This document shows, piece by piece, positions 26,200 through 40,879 of a stretch of DNA of 64,000 bases. Positions within the stretch are counted from its first letter, which is position 1, and each line of letters opens with the position of its first letter. The notes under the pieces are model-generated. The model was given only the letters and a program-made list of their open reading frames with translations, was not told where the DNA came from and ran no database searches. The position numbers and the translations under genes were made by a program. Source of the stretch: Eutreptiella sp. 'Long Island Sound 2002'. Lineage: Eukaryota; Protista; Euglenida. The stretch spans positions 70,804,001 to 70,868,000 of the forward strand of contig OZ038378.1 in NCBI GenBank assembly GCA_964036045.1, given 5' to 3'.

Positions 26200-27520
26200 A
26201 TACCTGTAGGTTTTTGGACCATATTGTCCCTAGCGGAGCTGTGTTTATCCTTATTCCCGCATACGGCCATGGCAATCACCCATAGGTAGGCGGGTGTGCT
26301 GGCCCGTGCGCCGTGGTTGAGGAGTACGATGGATAGTTGGGTCCAACTTCTTCCGGCGCACGGGAAACCACGGGCCCACAGAGGAAAGTGAGCGGCCTCG
26401 CCCAATCGCTGGTCTCCACAAGGGGTGGGCGCCGTTGGATGTAGCGGGCCCAGCATTGTAGCGGCATGAGCGGCTGCTTGTAGCGTGCTCCGCCACGGAC
26501 ACGGGTGGATCTAGCGCAAGGCGCTTCGCCAACTCCTTCCATATGTCCCTGTTGTTGAATGAAAAATGAATAAAATATTACTTCGAAACCTCGAAAAATT
26601 GATGCAAAATTCAAAATCTTTTTTTTGTAGGTGTAGCAGTCCGTATAGGATTGCAAGAGGTTCTATTGGGGGACGAAGTGGGTGGAGAGCGAGTTGGTCA
26701 TGCGGGGTGACCACCCCTTGGTGAGACGCCTTATTGGTTTCTGAATATTGCCCATAGTGGGCTATATTTTCAATATGGGCGTGTGGGACAACGTTGCGAC
26801 GGCATGGGTGAAGGTGGCGGTCCGCCGCACATTGGCGGGGGAGGTGGTGGCCCGTCTTCACTATCAGGAGGCAAGCCTCGGCTTGGAGAATGGGGTGTAT
26901 GTACGGGACCCGCACATTATGGTGGAGTGGTGCTTGGTTTTCCTATGCATCCTCCATTGTTGCGTGGCCATGGGCCGCCTCCAAGTGGCCTTCATTGAGG
27001 CCCGCCAAGCGGACCTTCCCAAGGGCGACGCCTAGGCCGTCCAACACGTGCTATACCGGGCACGCACGGGTGTCAGGCTGGGTTCCTCGGCCGCACGTGA
27101 CGGAGAGCAGGCACGGGCGTTGTTCCTCGCATGGGAGGAAATCGGGCCACTATTGGCCTATGCCCCAGAGGATGGAGAGTTGCAAGCCGTGGTTGCCATG
27201 CGGGACCTCCTCCGGGACTTGTACTCGGATACCCTACCTCGCGCCGACATACGGGCCGCCGAGCTCGCGCGGGCTTCCGCTTGCATTGTTGGAAGGCTGC
27301 CCGCTTCTTTTTGGAGGAAGACGTTACATTGGCGGTGGCTAATGCGGCGGAGCTTGGCGTTGGTTTGGTCGCGGTGTGCGCCCATGCCGTTGAGAGCCTC
27401 AACACCATTCTCAAGCGGGCCTACACCGACCACACGGTCTACGGGGGGCAATGCCAGGGGCAACGGCATTACCACGGGAGGGGCAGGTGGTCATGCAGCC
27501 TTGGGAGTGGTGGTTTTTAA
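26200..27520 (+). pseudogene. Decayed RAG1/Transib-like DDE transposase
   Basis: STMDSW (D 26332), probable AT-rich intron ~26545-26630 ending TTTTTTGTAG, MRGDHPLVRRLIG (D 26709), LCILHCCVAMGR (H 26955), RDGEQARALF (27099), GVGLVAVCAHAVESLNTILKR (E 27392); order and spacing resemble the RAG1 core. Confidence 0.6.
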
Positions 27521-27867
27521 AATTTGACCTTCCATTGCGACACCCTGGGGAACCTCATGCCGCCCCCTGTACCATGGCCAAACTCATGGCCATCCAAAGC
27601 CCCCCACCCTCCACCTTCACTTTACCACCCTCGGCTATTGTTTCACCACCATAGAGACCGAAAAACGTTGACGTCTCTTTTTTGGACCTACTAAAAGCCC
27701 AGGAAGACGTCCTCGCATGCTTGCTTTGCTTGTATTCATGTTTTTGTGTGTTTTGATGATTGGGTAGTCTGGTTTAGTTTTTGCAAGTTAATATTCACGC
27801 CGGCGACGTTTAATATTCAATATATTACTTAGTATATGGTGTATAAATATTAACCTTGTAATTGATA

Positions 27868-29340
<1,473 letters not shown>

Positions 29341-30149
29341 TGACAAACCCCAAGACGAACCCCCAGACCAACCCCAAGACTGACCCCACGACTGACCGCA
29401 AACCAGAAAACAACCCCAGCCCTAACTCGACCCGTGGGCCTACCTAGTAATTGTGGGACTCTAAAGATGGGCCCCAAGAAGTGTGAGAACACTCCACACT
29501 CGAATAGGTGATACCACCTGCGGAACAGTACAGAACTGCCCATGATGGCGAGAAAAGGTACCCGAATGGATGAAAAAGGTGTTTGTTGTCTTGTTGTGTC
29601 TTGGTAGGGTTTTTTAGGGACGGTCAATTTTTGCTAAATAAGTTTATTTCCGCGAGGTTAATATTGACGTCCGCGGCGCTTTATTTTTTAATGTTTCAAA
29701 GAGGAATGGAAAAATGTACAAAAAAATTAAGCCCAAGGACTTTTCGATATTTTTTCGCAAGGAAACAGGTGAGGGCCCTGCCCCCCAACCGCCGGGTGAA
29801 AATGGCACCCGATCCCGTAACACACTCCATGGGGATGCTGTTTATCTCGTCTAAACCCCTCCAGCCCCCCCTAAAAGGGTCAACTTTTGGTTAAAGTATT
29901 ATGTTTTGGCCAACAATTGAAAATATTGATTACAACATAGGTATCTAGGGATGGGCTATGGTTGGCCGTGCTTTGTGCACAAGGTGAGCACTAGGACAAT
30001 ACCACTCAACCACCCACCCCTCGCAGACCTAGTGTTGCGTAGTCAAATTGGCCAAACGGATACCATGCCGAATAACACCTGTGTCCCCGCCGTGGTGCTA
30101 CCGCTATGTGCTCCTGCCTTTGCTCGACTAGCGTCACCCACACTAAGGG

Positions 30150-30700
30150 TTGGTGGCCGGGTGCTCAATACGCATGTCCACAGCACGCCAAGTGACACTT
30201 GTGTGGCACCCGTGGCGTTTCCACATGTTGTTACCGTACACCACAAAGTGACGTTTATCCTTTGCCGCCCCAATGTTCATCACCAGAGCATACGAAGACC
30301 ATTGCCACCCCAAAGTATCCACAAAGTCATGATCAACAATCCTCTTGTACTCTTGTGGGCATGTAGGTGGGCTGTTGTATTGCACACAAAAGGTGTTTGC
30401 AATGGTGCTTGTGACGTTTCCCCCAGTAGCCACAAGGGCGGATGGGTCACGTGCCAAGGCCGAACGATAGACCCTTCACCCCCTTAGTAATGCGCTTTTG
30501 CACACTCTGCGCCGGAAATTTGACATGCAACACTTGTGTTGCCATACGTCCCCCCCCCCCCAACCCGTAGAACCTTGACATTACACTTTGCACACCATTG
30601 CTACTACTGCTCGTATGAAAGGCAAGATGCCAAATCCACCACCCCATCAATTGTTAGCTTTTCCAACATGTGTTTCCAACACTAGCCCTGGTCGCACTCT
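30150..30700 (-). pseudogene. Decayed UPF1-like helicase, copy N (C-half, internally deleted)
   Basis: GVVDLAS (30642-30625), GDVWQ (30553-30539), VQYN (30385), motif VI-like MNIGAAKDKRHFVVYGN (30280-30230). Confidence 0.55.
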
Positions 30701-31354
30701 TGATGCCATTGAAATCACCTCGCAGCGGTTCTTAGATCAAAGCCCGGCAGGCGTATCTCGGGGGAAGCGCCACATACCCCCCCGGATTTTGGGCCTTCTT
30801 GGGCCTATTCGCGTACCCTACCCCAGGCAGTGGAATTGTTAGTTTAACCCCTTGTAAAATCATTATTTTGTCCAATAAACGCATCCCCCAATGACTTTTT
30901 GGTCCTAACCCCCCATACACCCCCCCATTTGCAACCCACTTTTTGTTGAGGCAGGTGGCGGGGGGGTTGGGGGTGGTGTTGTTGGTGGGTGGGGTCAAAA
31001 AATGACCCCCTCTTTTTTTGGGTCGAAAATCATGAATCTTTTGGTTTCTCGATTTTGAGCCGAGAAAATTTTTCCGGGTCTTGACTCCGTGGCGTTTGTA
31101 TGGGGCGGAGTGGCATGAGCGCTTTTGCGGGTTCTGCACTTTTCAGCCATTTAGGCTATGTTGGCAGTTTTGGCGACCTCGGTGACACCCTGGTACCCAC
31201 TGTGATGGGTGTGAGTGGGGATGTTGTGACGGCATATGCCTACTAGGATACAAAAGAACATTTCTTGCAACCGACCCTTGTCGAGGCCCGGTGGAAACCC
31301 TGCCAAGCACGCAAAATGACTGTTTCCTCCAACAATGGGTTACATGAGTGAATG

Positions 31355-32785
31355 GGCCGGTGCACAACCTGCTGGTGTTGTTTTTCGGCTTGGACAGCTG
31401 AAAAATCGAAGTTGTCGAAATTTTTTTTTTTTGATTCTGTGATCGTGATACCGTGATTTATTGTCATCATCTGAAATGACTACCCAAGGTATGTAAAGCA
31501 TGTTTTAGGCTATATTTACGTGTTTTTCACCTTATTTGGGTATTGGGCACCGGGGAGGCGGGGGTCTCCCAAGGGATTGGTACCCAACCTGCTAATGCAG
31601 TTTTTCACCTCGCACAGCTCAAACATCGAATTTTTCGAAACTTATTTTTTTGATACCATGATCGCTTGGAATTACCTTCCAAGGTATATAAAGCATACTT
31701 TGGGCCGTGTTTATGTGGTTTTCACTTTATTTGGGTATTGGGCGCCGCGGGGAGGGGGGGGGGATCACAAGGGATTGGTACACAACCCGCGTATGCCGTT
31801 TTTCACCCTGGACAACCGAAAAATAGAAGTTTTTGACACTTGTTTTTAATCACCTAAAATGACCATGCAAGATACGTAAAGCATGTTTTAGGACGTATTT
31901 ATGTGTATTTGATCCTATTTGGGCATTGGGTGCGGGGGGGGGGGGCACGCCACGAGGGACAAGGGCGAGCTAAACAGACAAGGAGCAGGGGCACAACACG
32001 CAGGAGAGGCAACCCGAATAGCAAGAACAAGAAAGTAGAATGCAGCGGATGGGAGAGTGTCCGCCTGGGAGGGAGCGACAATAAAGCTGATGGCTTGGCC
32101 AGCCGGCTCGTCGCTACCGGATGCCAAGGAAACCCCTGCTCAAACGGCATCAGGTGGGGGGTGTCTCCCACAGCCCAGATGGGCTGTTTGCGTAACCCGA
32201 GCATGAGCCCATTAGGGGCAGACCAACCGTGAGGGGGAAAAGGACATATGGTGGGCGGCCTCGACGGCGCATGGAGGAACAGGACACCTGGGCCTCACGC
32301 ACACAGAAACACACCGAGGCAGGCTGGGGACGGCCTATGGACAGAGGCATGTGGACATCAATAGCAGTCAAACGACCCCGACAACAACCATCACATCCTC
32401 AATACGCCAATTATTGGGTGCCGCTAACACGCAAACGGCACACCATGGCACATTCAACACAAACCCAACACACCAACTACCGGGCTCCGCGAACCCGGAA
32501 ACGACACCAGCGGGAGCACCGACCGCATCGGCGGACAACAAGGAGCAATAGGACGGAGCATGCCTAGGGAAGAAAGGGTGACTGTCCTGGGCCCTATAAA
32601 GAAGCAAGAACCAGACGGAATGTCACACAGGGGGTCCAAACTGGATTGGTACACAACCTGCTCATGCACTGTTTGTAGACTGTAGCTCAAAAATCGAAGT
32701 TTCCGAAACTGATTTTCTTGATGTTGTGATCGCCTAAAATGACCATGCAAGATATGCAAAGCATGTTTCAGCTCGTATTTATGTA
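31355..32785 (+). repeat. ~200-bp degenerate tandem repeat: 3 copies at 31355-31950 plus a displaced copy at 32645-32785
   Basis: Recurring ATTGGTAC(A/C)CAACC...AAAAATCGAAGTT...AAATGAC...AAAGCATGTTT...TTATTTGGGTATTGGGC. Confidence 0.85.
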
Positions 32786-32789
32786 GTCT

Positions 32790-34570
32790 GTACCCTATCG
32801 TTGCTTGGGGTAGATTCTGTGCGAGGTGGACTTGCCGAAGGCAATATCAGTTCGGTGTTGATGGTTTTCACTTGCAACGCCCAACACACCGGCATATTGG
32901 CGCAGCCATGCGACCTTCTTCGCCCGATCGCTCTGCAATGGCTTGTGGATTGTTCGCACGGCTCCCTTATGGGCCATGAAGTCCACATCATCAAAGCATT
33001 GTTGATGTTGTGCTCCATGGCCACTAGCAAGCAAGCAATGCCGGAGCCAGGCCATTTGGGCATAGTTTGTGGCCACCACAACCCCACAACCGTTTGCGTA
33101 CGTTCCTTTTTGGGTTGCCAACTTCAGTACGTGGCACACAAGCGGTGCCTCCTCCTAATTCATGTTCGTGCTTGAGCTCAATATGTCGTCAAGTTGTAGG
33201 CTATTCCCTGCCTCTCTGGCAACTCCCGGAACTCAATAAGCCGTTGTCTCCCAAGACTCTCCTCAAGATCTTGCTGCTAGTTGGGCATGTCAAGCTAGGC
33301 TGCCCCCAAGCAACGGGACAGTGCTCCAAACGCACTACAAGGTTTTTTGGTTGCTCACCGGCGGTCTCCAGGGTCTCCGATTTGCAACAACTCGGGGTAT
33401 TGAGTGCCTTTGTTGTGCATGGGATGCTATGAACGTCAGTTGTTGGGTGGCACGTGCCGCACAGGGCAGTAGTGCTATATTGCAGGGCGCATACGCCACT
33501 AGCATGCGCATCAACACCTGTGGCCAAGCCATGTGGCGAAGGAAAGTATTGGGGAGTCACTTGGGTTTGCATCGTGGTACAACATCGGCATCGAATGTGT
33601 ATAGGCTAGAGCACCACCTGCGACTAGCCGATCAGAGTTCCTGGCCACATTGTGCCGAACACTACCCAATTGTGCCATATCTTAGGTGGTGGGAAGGAAC
33701 ATTGCGTTCATCAAGGGGAGGCCATGGACATTGGTGTGCCAGTGACTGATGCCAAGGCGGCCATTTTGTCAAGTTTCCAAGCGTTGCAAGTGTGCACCTT
33801 TATTGGTGCCCGAAATGAGCGCATTCTTCTGCATTGCTGCTTGAATTCCGCAACACGGCACCGTGCTACTTGGCGTTTGATATTGGCTAAGGCCATTGCT
33901 GCAATGCATGATGCCATGTAGGATGATGGCAGCCTGTAGCTGCCAGCCTTCATCGCATGGTTGCTTGATTGCGGGGACAAGCAACGGCATCGGATCCACG
34001 AATATGCCATCATTCTCCTTGTACCTACCACGGGCCCCGGAGGGATGTGTAATTTGTTCCTTTGTGTGGTTGATGTGGCGTCTACTGACGCATAGGAAGC
34101 GCCAGCACATCGAATCTGCACCATTGACCCCGATTCTAGACCATGATGGGTGGGCCAAGAGGGTTGTTACACTTTTAGTGGATTGGGCTTTCTGTCCAAG
34201 GATGCGTGGTGCTGCAGCATGACAAACAGTTGATGGTTCCACCATTCAGAACAATGTGTTTACCCTTTTTGGCACATGGTTGGTACCGAGGACACCCTGA
34301 AGTGAGCCGAGCCGTGTGTTACAGCGGAAGGTAGGCCATGCATTGTAGGCCAGTGGCCCTCACCACGTTGAGTATCAGGCTGCTTTGGATCGACAACATG
34401 CGTGGTACAATGGGGCATCGCATTGCAAGGTGTTGCAAAAATGTGTCCACGATCACATGCGGCCCGATAATTGCCATGAGTTGCAAATGATCCCTACTAG
34501 TCATCGCATCCAGTTATCGCATGCAAATTGTGCGTCGCAACACTGCTTTCCCGACCTTCCCTTGGGTGGT
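32790..34570 (-). pseudogene. Decayed UPF1-like helicase, copy E (all core motifs traceable)
   Basis: QGKVGKA (34564-34544), IIGPHVIVDTFL, LDE (33714-33703), LIG*SQ (33635-33618), LQYS (~33480), VVVATNYAQMAWLR (~33082-33040), TIHKPLQ, RTDIAFGKS (~32856-32830). Confidence 0.6.
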
Positions 34571-35644
34571 ACGACGTTCGGACTCAACGGTCCAACTTTC
34601 CACAAAAGAGGAGGATGTGTCGGAGGACTACCATGATGCCACTCTACTTCTATGGGCGGTGGTTTATGGGGACCCTGTGCATGGTATGCGGTGTTTTAAC
34701 AATTTGCACACGTGCATCTGCCCACCGCTGCACATTGGCCACTGCATCGGACATGTTACATGCACGGGTGTAGAGGCGCAGCGAAATAGCAGGACCCGAG
34801 CTGGTTATAGTCTAAATAGCAAACAGTGACAGGTGCTTGGTATCGTATGCGGTTGGTCCGGTAGGATGCCGATTGCTGGAAGTGTGCAACATGCTCGCTT
34901 TACGTGGCACTGAGACATGTGCAGCTGATGATGTGATTCTTGCTGGCATCAAGGACACACAAGCAACAATTAAGCTCAAAGGGTTGCTTGAGTGCGTAGT
35001 CTTGTTGGACCATGGCCATTTGCTTCCACTTTCAAGCAGAGAGCGTGGTGCATATGGTGTAGACCAGTTGCGGCGCTTCATGGGGTACCACCGAGATGAG
35101 TTGTATGTAGCACATGTGCATTGTGATTGCGCCTGGGCAGAGGGGGTACACCTCAAGCAGCACATTTTGAAGTGCTTTGCCAATATGCAAATGTCCAAGA
35201 TTTGGAAGCCCTTGCCACCCTAAAGAGCATGCACAGTGGCGTGTCCCTCAAATGTTGCGAACACATTGTCCTGTCGAAGGTGCTTTAGAGCGGACCAGGA
35301 CATTTTGTTGGAGGTTCACCAGTAGTATGCACGACCTTGTGGAGATGCTTGTCGTAAGTGTGTGCATGCCCTTGCATTCCAACCCTAAAAGACGCCACAC
35401 CACCCCAAGGGGGGGGCGGGGGCAGGGGGGGGGGGGGCGCAGAGGTCGAATAATCCATATTTTTGTATAGATGGCTAGTGTAAGCTACCGGCCCGTCCCA
35501 CCCCGGGGGTTGGGAACCCCACCCACCACCTTTGGCACCGGCCCCGGGCGCCCTCATGTACCCTATTTTACCATGGGTAAATGTTGTCAATATCCCGTTT
35601 TGCAAACGGGCGGGCTTTGACACCCGTCTCAACAATTGGCACTC

Positions 35645-35910
35645 CACGTCTACAGCACGACCTTAGTGTCTACATGGGGCAAGCCGTGTCTACTTGGCGC
35701 GGAGAGGGTCTACAGACCATCCACCGACTAGCCCCTTTACACGGGTAAGCGACCACGCTACGGCTTGCTACGCTTGACGTGGCGGCTAGCCCTTGTACGC
35801 CCCCTAAATAAAAAGCCCCTTGCAGCGGCTACAGAGAACGTCTACAATAGATGACCGTGTCCACCTCAGGTAGAGCGCGTCTACAGGGGGCGGATAGTGT
35901 CCACAGACTA
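35645..35910 (+). repeat. GTCTAC motif cluster
   Basis: About six GTCTAC(A/T) copies plus GCTAC variants within 270 bp. Confidence 0.7.
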
Positions 35911-36984
35911 CACACTACAATTCCTTTGATCCAAGGGTAATCGGGTGGGGTACCCGTGGAAACGGGGTAGCATACGACCTCTGTTGCATATTGGGGGCCT
36001 GCGGCCCCATGCGGGGCTGTATGGCACTTGCTCCAGGGGTCTTGCGGACACCCAAGGGGGGGGGGGGGCTCTTATGTGGGGGTGGGCGTAGCTTACACAT
36101 AAGGTATATCTACATAGGGCAGAAACCCCCCCCCGACCCGTGTGACTTGTGCAGGATTGCGGGGCAAGTAAGGAGCACACCACCTATTGGCAATGTGGGG
36201 ACCCCAAAAAAAAAACCTTTGAGATGGATTTCGGATGGTTGGGCCGAAGTATTTGGGCACACAAAGGTAGCGCTAGGGCTGAAAATGGGGTATGACATCA
36301 CGAAACAAAGTTTTTAACCAATGAGGTCAAAAACCCAAAATTTGCATGGTTCTCTTGAAAAATGGTAAGGTGGGGTATATGTACCCCTTTCCCTGCCCCT
36401 TGTGGGGCAAAAGGGTGATGAATGGATCCAATGGAAGGCAGTAATGGCAATTTTGTGGATGTTGATGGGGTTTTGGGAGGTAGAAAGCGCTTTTTTTAGA
36501 CTTTTCAGGCTATTTTGGAGAATTTTACTCGGTAAGAAACCCAATGGGCAAAGGCACGAGGATTGGCTATAGCACGGCTTGTGGCATCATGTGCACGGTT
36601 CGATGTACGTCCACGGCACGTTATTTCACTACAAATGGATACACGTGAACATGTGCAACCTACCATGCGTCAATGCCGGCAAGGCAATGCAGCAACAACT
36701 CATGATGGTGACATGGTGCCCTTCTTTGGGGGAGAAGAGAAATCGTTGCTCAATAAGGCACCACCTGGAAAGGTGGGGGGGGGGGGGGCGACACAAAGGA
36801 GATGTGGTCACAATTATTGCAGCAGACAGGACTCTTGACACACATGCTCGCAGCCATGAATTTTTCACTTTTCGCAGAGGCATGGAGTGTGCCACATACA
36901 AGCAGTGAATTGGCATCATGTGCACGATGTGTTTAGTCTGCTATGCATGCTTTTTTGCATATCCACACCTTTGCAGAGAGGTGG

Positions 36985-38400
36985 TTGTCCACCTAGCACA
37001 TGACGTTTGTGATGATCTCCAAAAAAACAACAGCGGTGAATTGGTTGCACCACGTAAGCCACGCCAAAATTGTGTTCCGGTTGTAGGATGCGAGCAAAGA
37101 TGGTAATGGCTGCTCATTCGAAAAAAGGCCACACTATCCCATTGCTTGGACATACTAGTCGTAATGTTACCAAGTGGTAGCAACCACAAAGAGGCAAGGG
37201 CCATTGCAATGCCATATGCCTCGCCTCCGTTGGGAAAGTGGGACGCCATGGTTCGTGATACAAATTGTGTCACCCGCTTTGTAGTTTCACACAGCAACCG
37301 CCAAGGTTCTTGCTCCCGCTTACGGTCCGGTTTAGGCATAGGTTTGACATGGATAGACTCATTGATGAATGAGATGCGGCAGTACTCATGTGTTTGTACT
37401 TGTTTGCCTATAATTCTTGGAATTCGGTAGTTTATAGTTCTCCTGTTTTCCAATGTGTGCCACTTTCTCCATTTTCCGCATGTTTGTGCCTCCCTTATCC
37501 TTTTTGCTTGTCCTTTCTATTTTTGGGTGGTTTTACAATTTTCTTGCGTTTTGTGCTCTCTCATTTCCCCCTTTTTCTACAATTCTCATTTTCCAACCCC
37601 CACCCCCATGGTTTTTTTTTCGCGTATTTTTGTTGATTCCGTTTGTGTAGCATTTTGTGCATTTTCCAAGTGGTCCCCATTTTCCCCATATCCCAATCTC
37701 CAACTTCCTTGCCTTGTTTTCTCTTGTTTTTTGGGCGATAGCATTTCCTTTTGGTGGGCTCTTCCATTCCTGCAAGTATTAGACATATTGAGACGCATGC
37801 GACATCTTCTCGTGTGTACCAAAAACTCCACATGCCACATTGGACATTAGTCATTAGACCTTATACACATACTTGGAACCCCCTTCTTGCACCCTTTGTG
37901 CGCGGGCTTTTATGCCGAGGCATTTGGCACGAAGGGCACCAGCTGCATCCACAAGTTTCAAATTTGGTTGTCAAATATACATGCAGTGCCTACTTTTTTG
38001 TGCGTTGTGCCCTTGCCACGTGCAAGCCTTTGCTAGGCCGCCCGGTGGTGGAGGATCGAGGGCCTCCATGTTCAAGAGAATGTGTGAGACCACGTGGTGA
38101 AGCACGTCGGCGGCGAAGACACCATCCACACATGCTATTTTTGGACAGCGAGTTCAAAAGCCTTATGCCTATTTTTGGAAGGTATACTACTAAACGCATA
38201 CAGGGTATTATATTTTCGGATCACTGCACGACGATGGGCCACCGTCTAGTGACCCTTGGGATTGTCTTCCAACCCAATTTGAGCCATGCCTCATAGATTG
38301 CGGCAGTGCAACTTTCGCCTCTTGCAGTTGCCCATCATTCAATGTTGTCTTTTTCCTCTACACAGCGTATAGGCTACGCATACTACGTAGCAATGTTTCA
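36985..38400 (+). pseudogene. Decayed UPF1-like helicase, copy F, with one intron
   Basis: GGCPPST* (~36990), VMAAHSKKG (~37105), FDMDRLIDE (37343-37369), intron 37427-37741, FLLVGS (37745), HQLHPQVSNLVVKY (~37940). Confidence 0.6.
37427..37741 (+). other. Phase-0 GT-AG intron inside helicase copy F
   Basis: GTAGTT donor, T-rich body, GATAG acceptor; removal restores ~21-aa spacing between Walker B and motif III. Confidence 0.6.
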
Positions 38401-38449
38401 ATAACTGTCCCAAAAAAAAAGAACTACCGAACATGGTGTTCTTAAAATG

Positions 38450-39290
38450 TCCCTTATGGCCATGAAGAATTAAAGTTTGGTATTTGGGATCTATCACGAA
38501 GAACATGGAGGTGTTGATATTGAACTACCTTGCTTTGGTGGTTGTTTCGAAAACCCTGGTGGCCGCCGCCACATGGTTTGCATCCGCTGGCAAGGTAGAC
38601 CAAACATCATGAAAATCACTGACGATTGGATGCACTCCAACAACATTGTCTATCAAGGTGGCCGTGGTGTCTATCAGGCGCTTCTTGAAACCATTAGCAA
38701 GGTTGCTAGTTGCCTGTGTAGAGTCACCAAGATGAATGCACACACTTTGAAGAAACGACCCTGACTATATTTTGGTGAAGGTGTGCTCTATGGGGACAAA
38801 CCCAACGGCATCACCACAGCCCCACCAACACTGCCCCCGCCCCCCCCTGTTCGTCACCATAATTAGTTTTTTCTCGGCCGTCAATTTACAGTGCACTTTC
38901 TTGCACTCATTGTTCACCGCGAATGTACGCCTTTTTTTGAAGATGCTCAACTTGGGCATTCACCCCCGCATCCTCATGTAAGGCTTGCGGCTATGAGGCA
39001 TCATTCGTGCTCTCCAGGCACCCCCACATACCCCATGTCTAAATGTCCCCTAAAGCAAAACACCGTTAAGGCCAACAAGTTACAAACCTGTCGATCTTAG
39101 TTACGGATGTGTGCCACAATGCCATTGCATGACACCATAACCCCAATCCTTTGACGGTGAACTTGAACTTCCCCTAAGGTGTCGGCTATCTTCAGCTAGG
39201 TGAAAACGAGGTTTTTCAATTTTGATGTCGTGGCGCACCGCCGCTGGACCAAGTTAGGTTTGTTGGTAATGTGGCCCGTGGTACAATATG
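38450..39290 (-). pseudogene. Decayed UPF1-like helicase, copy G
   Basis: YHGPHYQQT (~39285), GDEQ (38858-38847), IHLGDSTQ (38740-38717), GVHPIVSDF (~38640-38614). Confidence 0.5.
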
Positions 39291-40262
39291 GTGTTGGATT
39301 GTGTTTGCTTCCTCAAGATGGTGTCGTGTGCATTCTGGGGGACTGTTTTGCCCACAGGCCAATTGGGCTTACTACACGAGGGTCTTTATTGGCGTGTTGC
39401 CGCGGTAAATACATGTACAATCTCCCACCACCGTAAATGACAACGGCTTCCAAATCCATCAAAAGTTTCCACATCAAGGTCACTATGCGGTGCTGCCGCT
39501 CTGCTCACCTTTCCCCTTGATGGTTGCATTTTGCTTGAGGAGCGGGGTGCTGCTCAAAACTATGGCTTTTTCATGCGTGTCTCTAGCAAATGGCACAAAC
39601 AATTGTTTGAGACCGTTATTGGAACCCCTGCTCTATCCCCTATTGGAAACCCTTCCTGCGCTCAAACCCCTTGCTGGAACCCCCTTCCAGCGAACCCTTC
39701 AGCACCGGAATCCCTTCCAACACCCCTTCCGGCACCCTTTCCAACAACCAGTTAACCCTGACCCCCATTCCAAGTAGACCTCTTTGCACGGGCACACACA
39801 CAACTTTGTGGGTCAATTATCTCTTTCTATTGAATCGGAGCTCAATGGGTCACCAATGTTCATTGCTTGCACCCGGCACCCTTGGCCCCCTCCCTTTCCT
39901 AGGAATTCGTTGAAGAAGGAAATCATTAGGACTAGTAGTGGCACCATTCTTGCACGTGCAATGCGAGGACCCCATTCAGCGAATGCATGCATGCATTTAA
40001 TGTGTAAATTTGGGTGGTGCCCACAAGGGGTAGGCTACGTGAAGCCTCCCACTTGTGACTCCACCCTACGCACCACACACAGAGTGACACTAACGTCCTA
40101 CACGGTGTCACGCGCAGCGAAAGAAAAAACAACAACAAAAACTGTCTCATTTTTCACCGTGGTGCACTGCCGTTGGTGAGATTGCGCGGCACTACATACA
40201 TGCGCATGCGTACCAATCTAGGCACTGGCCTGGTAACAGCACACATGCACTGATTTAGTATG

Positions 40263-40879
40263 CTACAACTCGCTTTCCAAGTGCCGCCACGTCGTACCGC
40301 GTCGGTTCTCTAGTGCGTAAGCCTTCTTGTAATTGCCTACCATCACCGCTAGCAGCTGCCCCACTTGCTGCTTTGTCTCCACAACGATGGCGTTGCTCTT
40401 CACCAGCCTCCTGTTCATGTTCTCATACTCAACCACCAACTCCCTGAGCCGTTGCCGGGCATTGTTCAACTTGGCCCCTGCCGTTGCCCGTCCGGTGTGC
40501 TCTGTTAGGCGGCCCACCCACATCTCCGCTTTGGTCTTGGACGCGTGCGCTATCGCCGTTGCCACATCCGAGGGCTCGCAATCTCGGCGGGTTGCAATGA
40601 CGTGGTATGTCGGGACGTCCTTGTACCGCTGCACCACTTTCTGTGCTACAACCTTGTTGTGAGCTGTGTGCTAAGCATGCCCGGACTGTTGGGATTGTTG
40701 AGCTTTCTAGGACGAGTGGTGTGATAGCTTGGCCGTGGGCTTGGGTTGCGCTTTGGTTGTTTTGCCTTGGTGGGTTGCACCTTCTCCTTGGTCCTCTCTT
40801 TGTCCGGCTTGTCTGTTGGCTTGTTCTTCGGCTTGTGCATGTGTTCCTCATCTTCCTCGTCCTCCTGAACGTGAATCAC
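40263..40879 (-). pseudogene. Frameshifted charged/coiled-coil ORF of unknown family
   Basis: ORFs 40646-40879 and 40263-40637 adjacent on one strand; KLNNARQRLRELVVEYENMNRRL heptads. Confidence 0.4.

Noticed and set aside
37455-37850. Hydrophobic membrane-protein-like ORF
   Set aside because: Lies mostly within the T-rich intron of helicase copy F.
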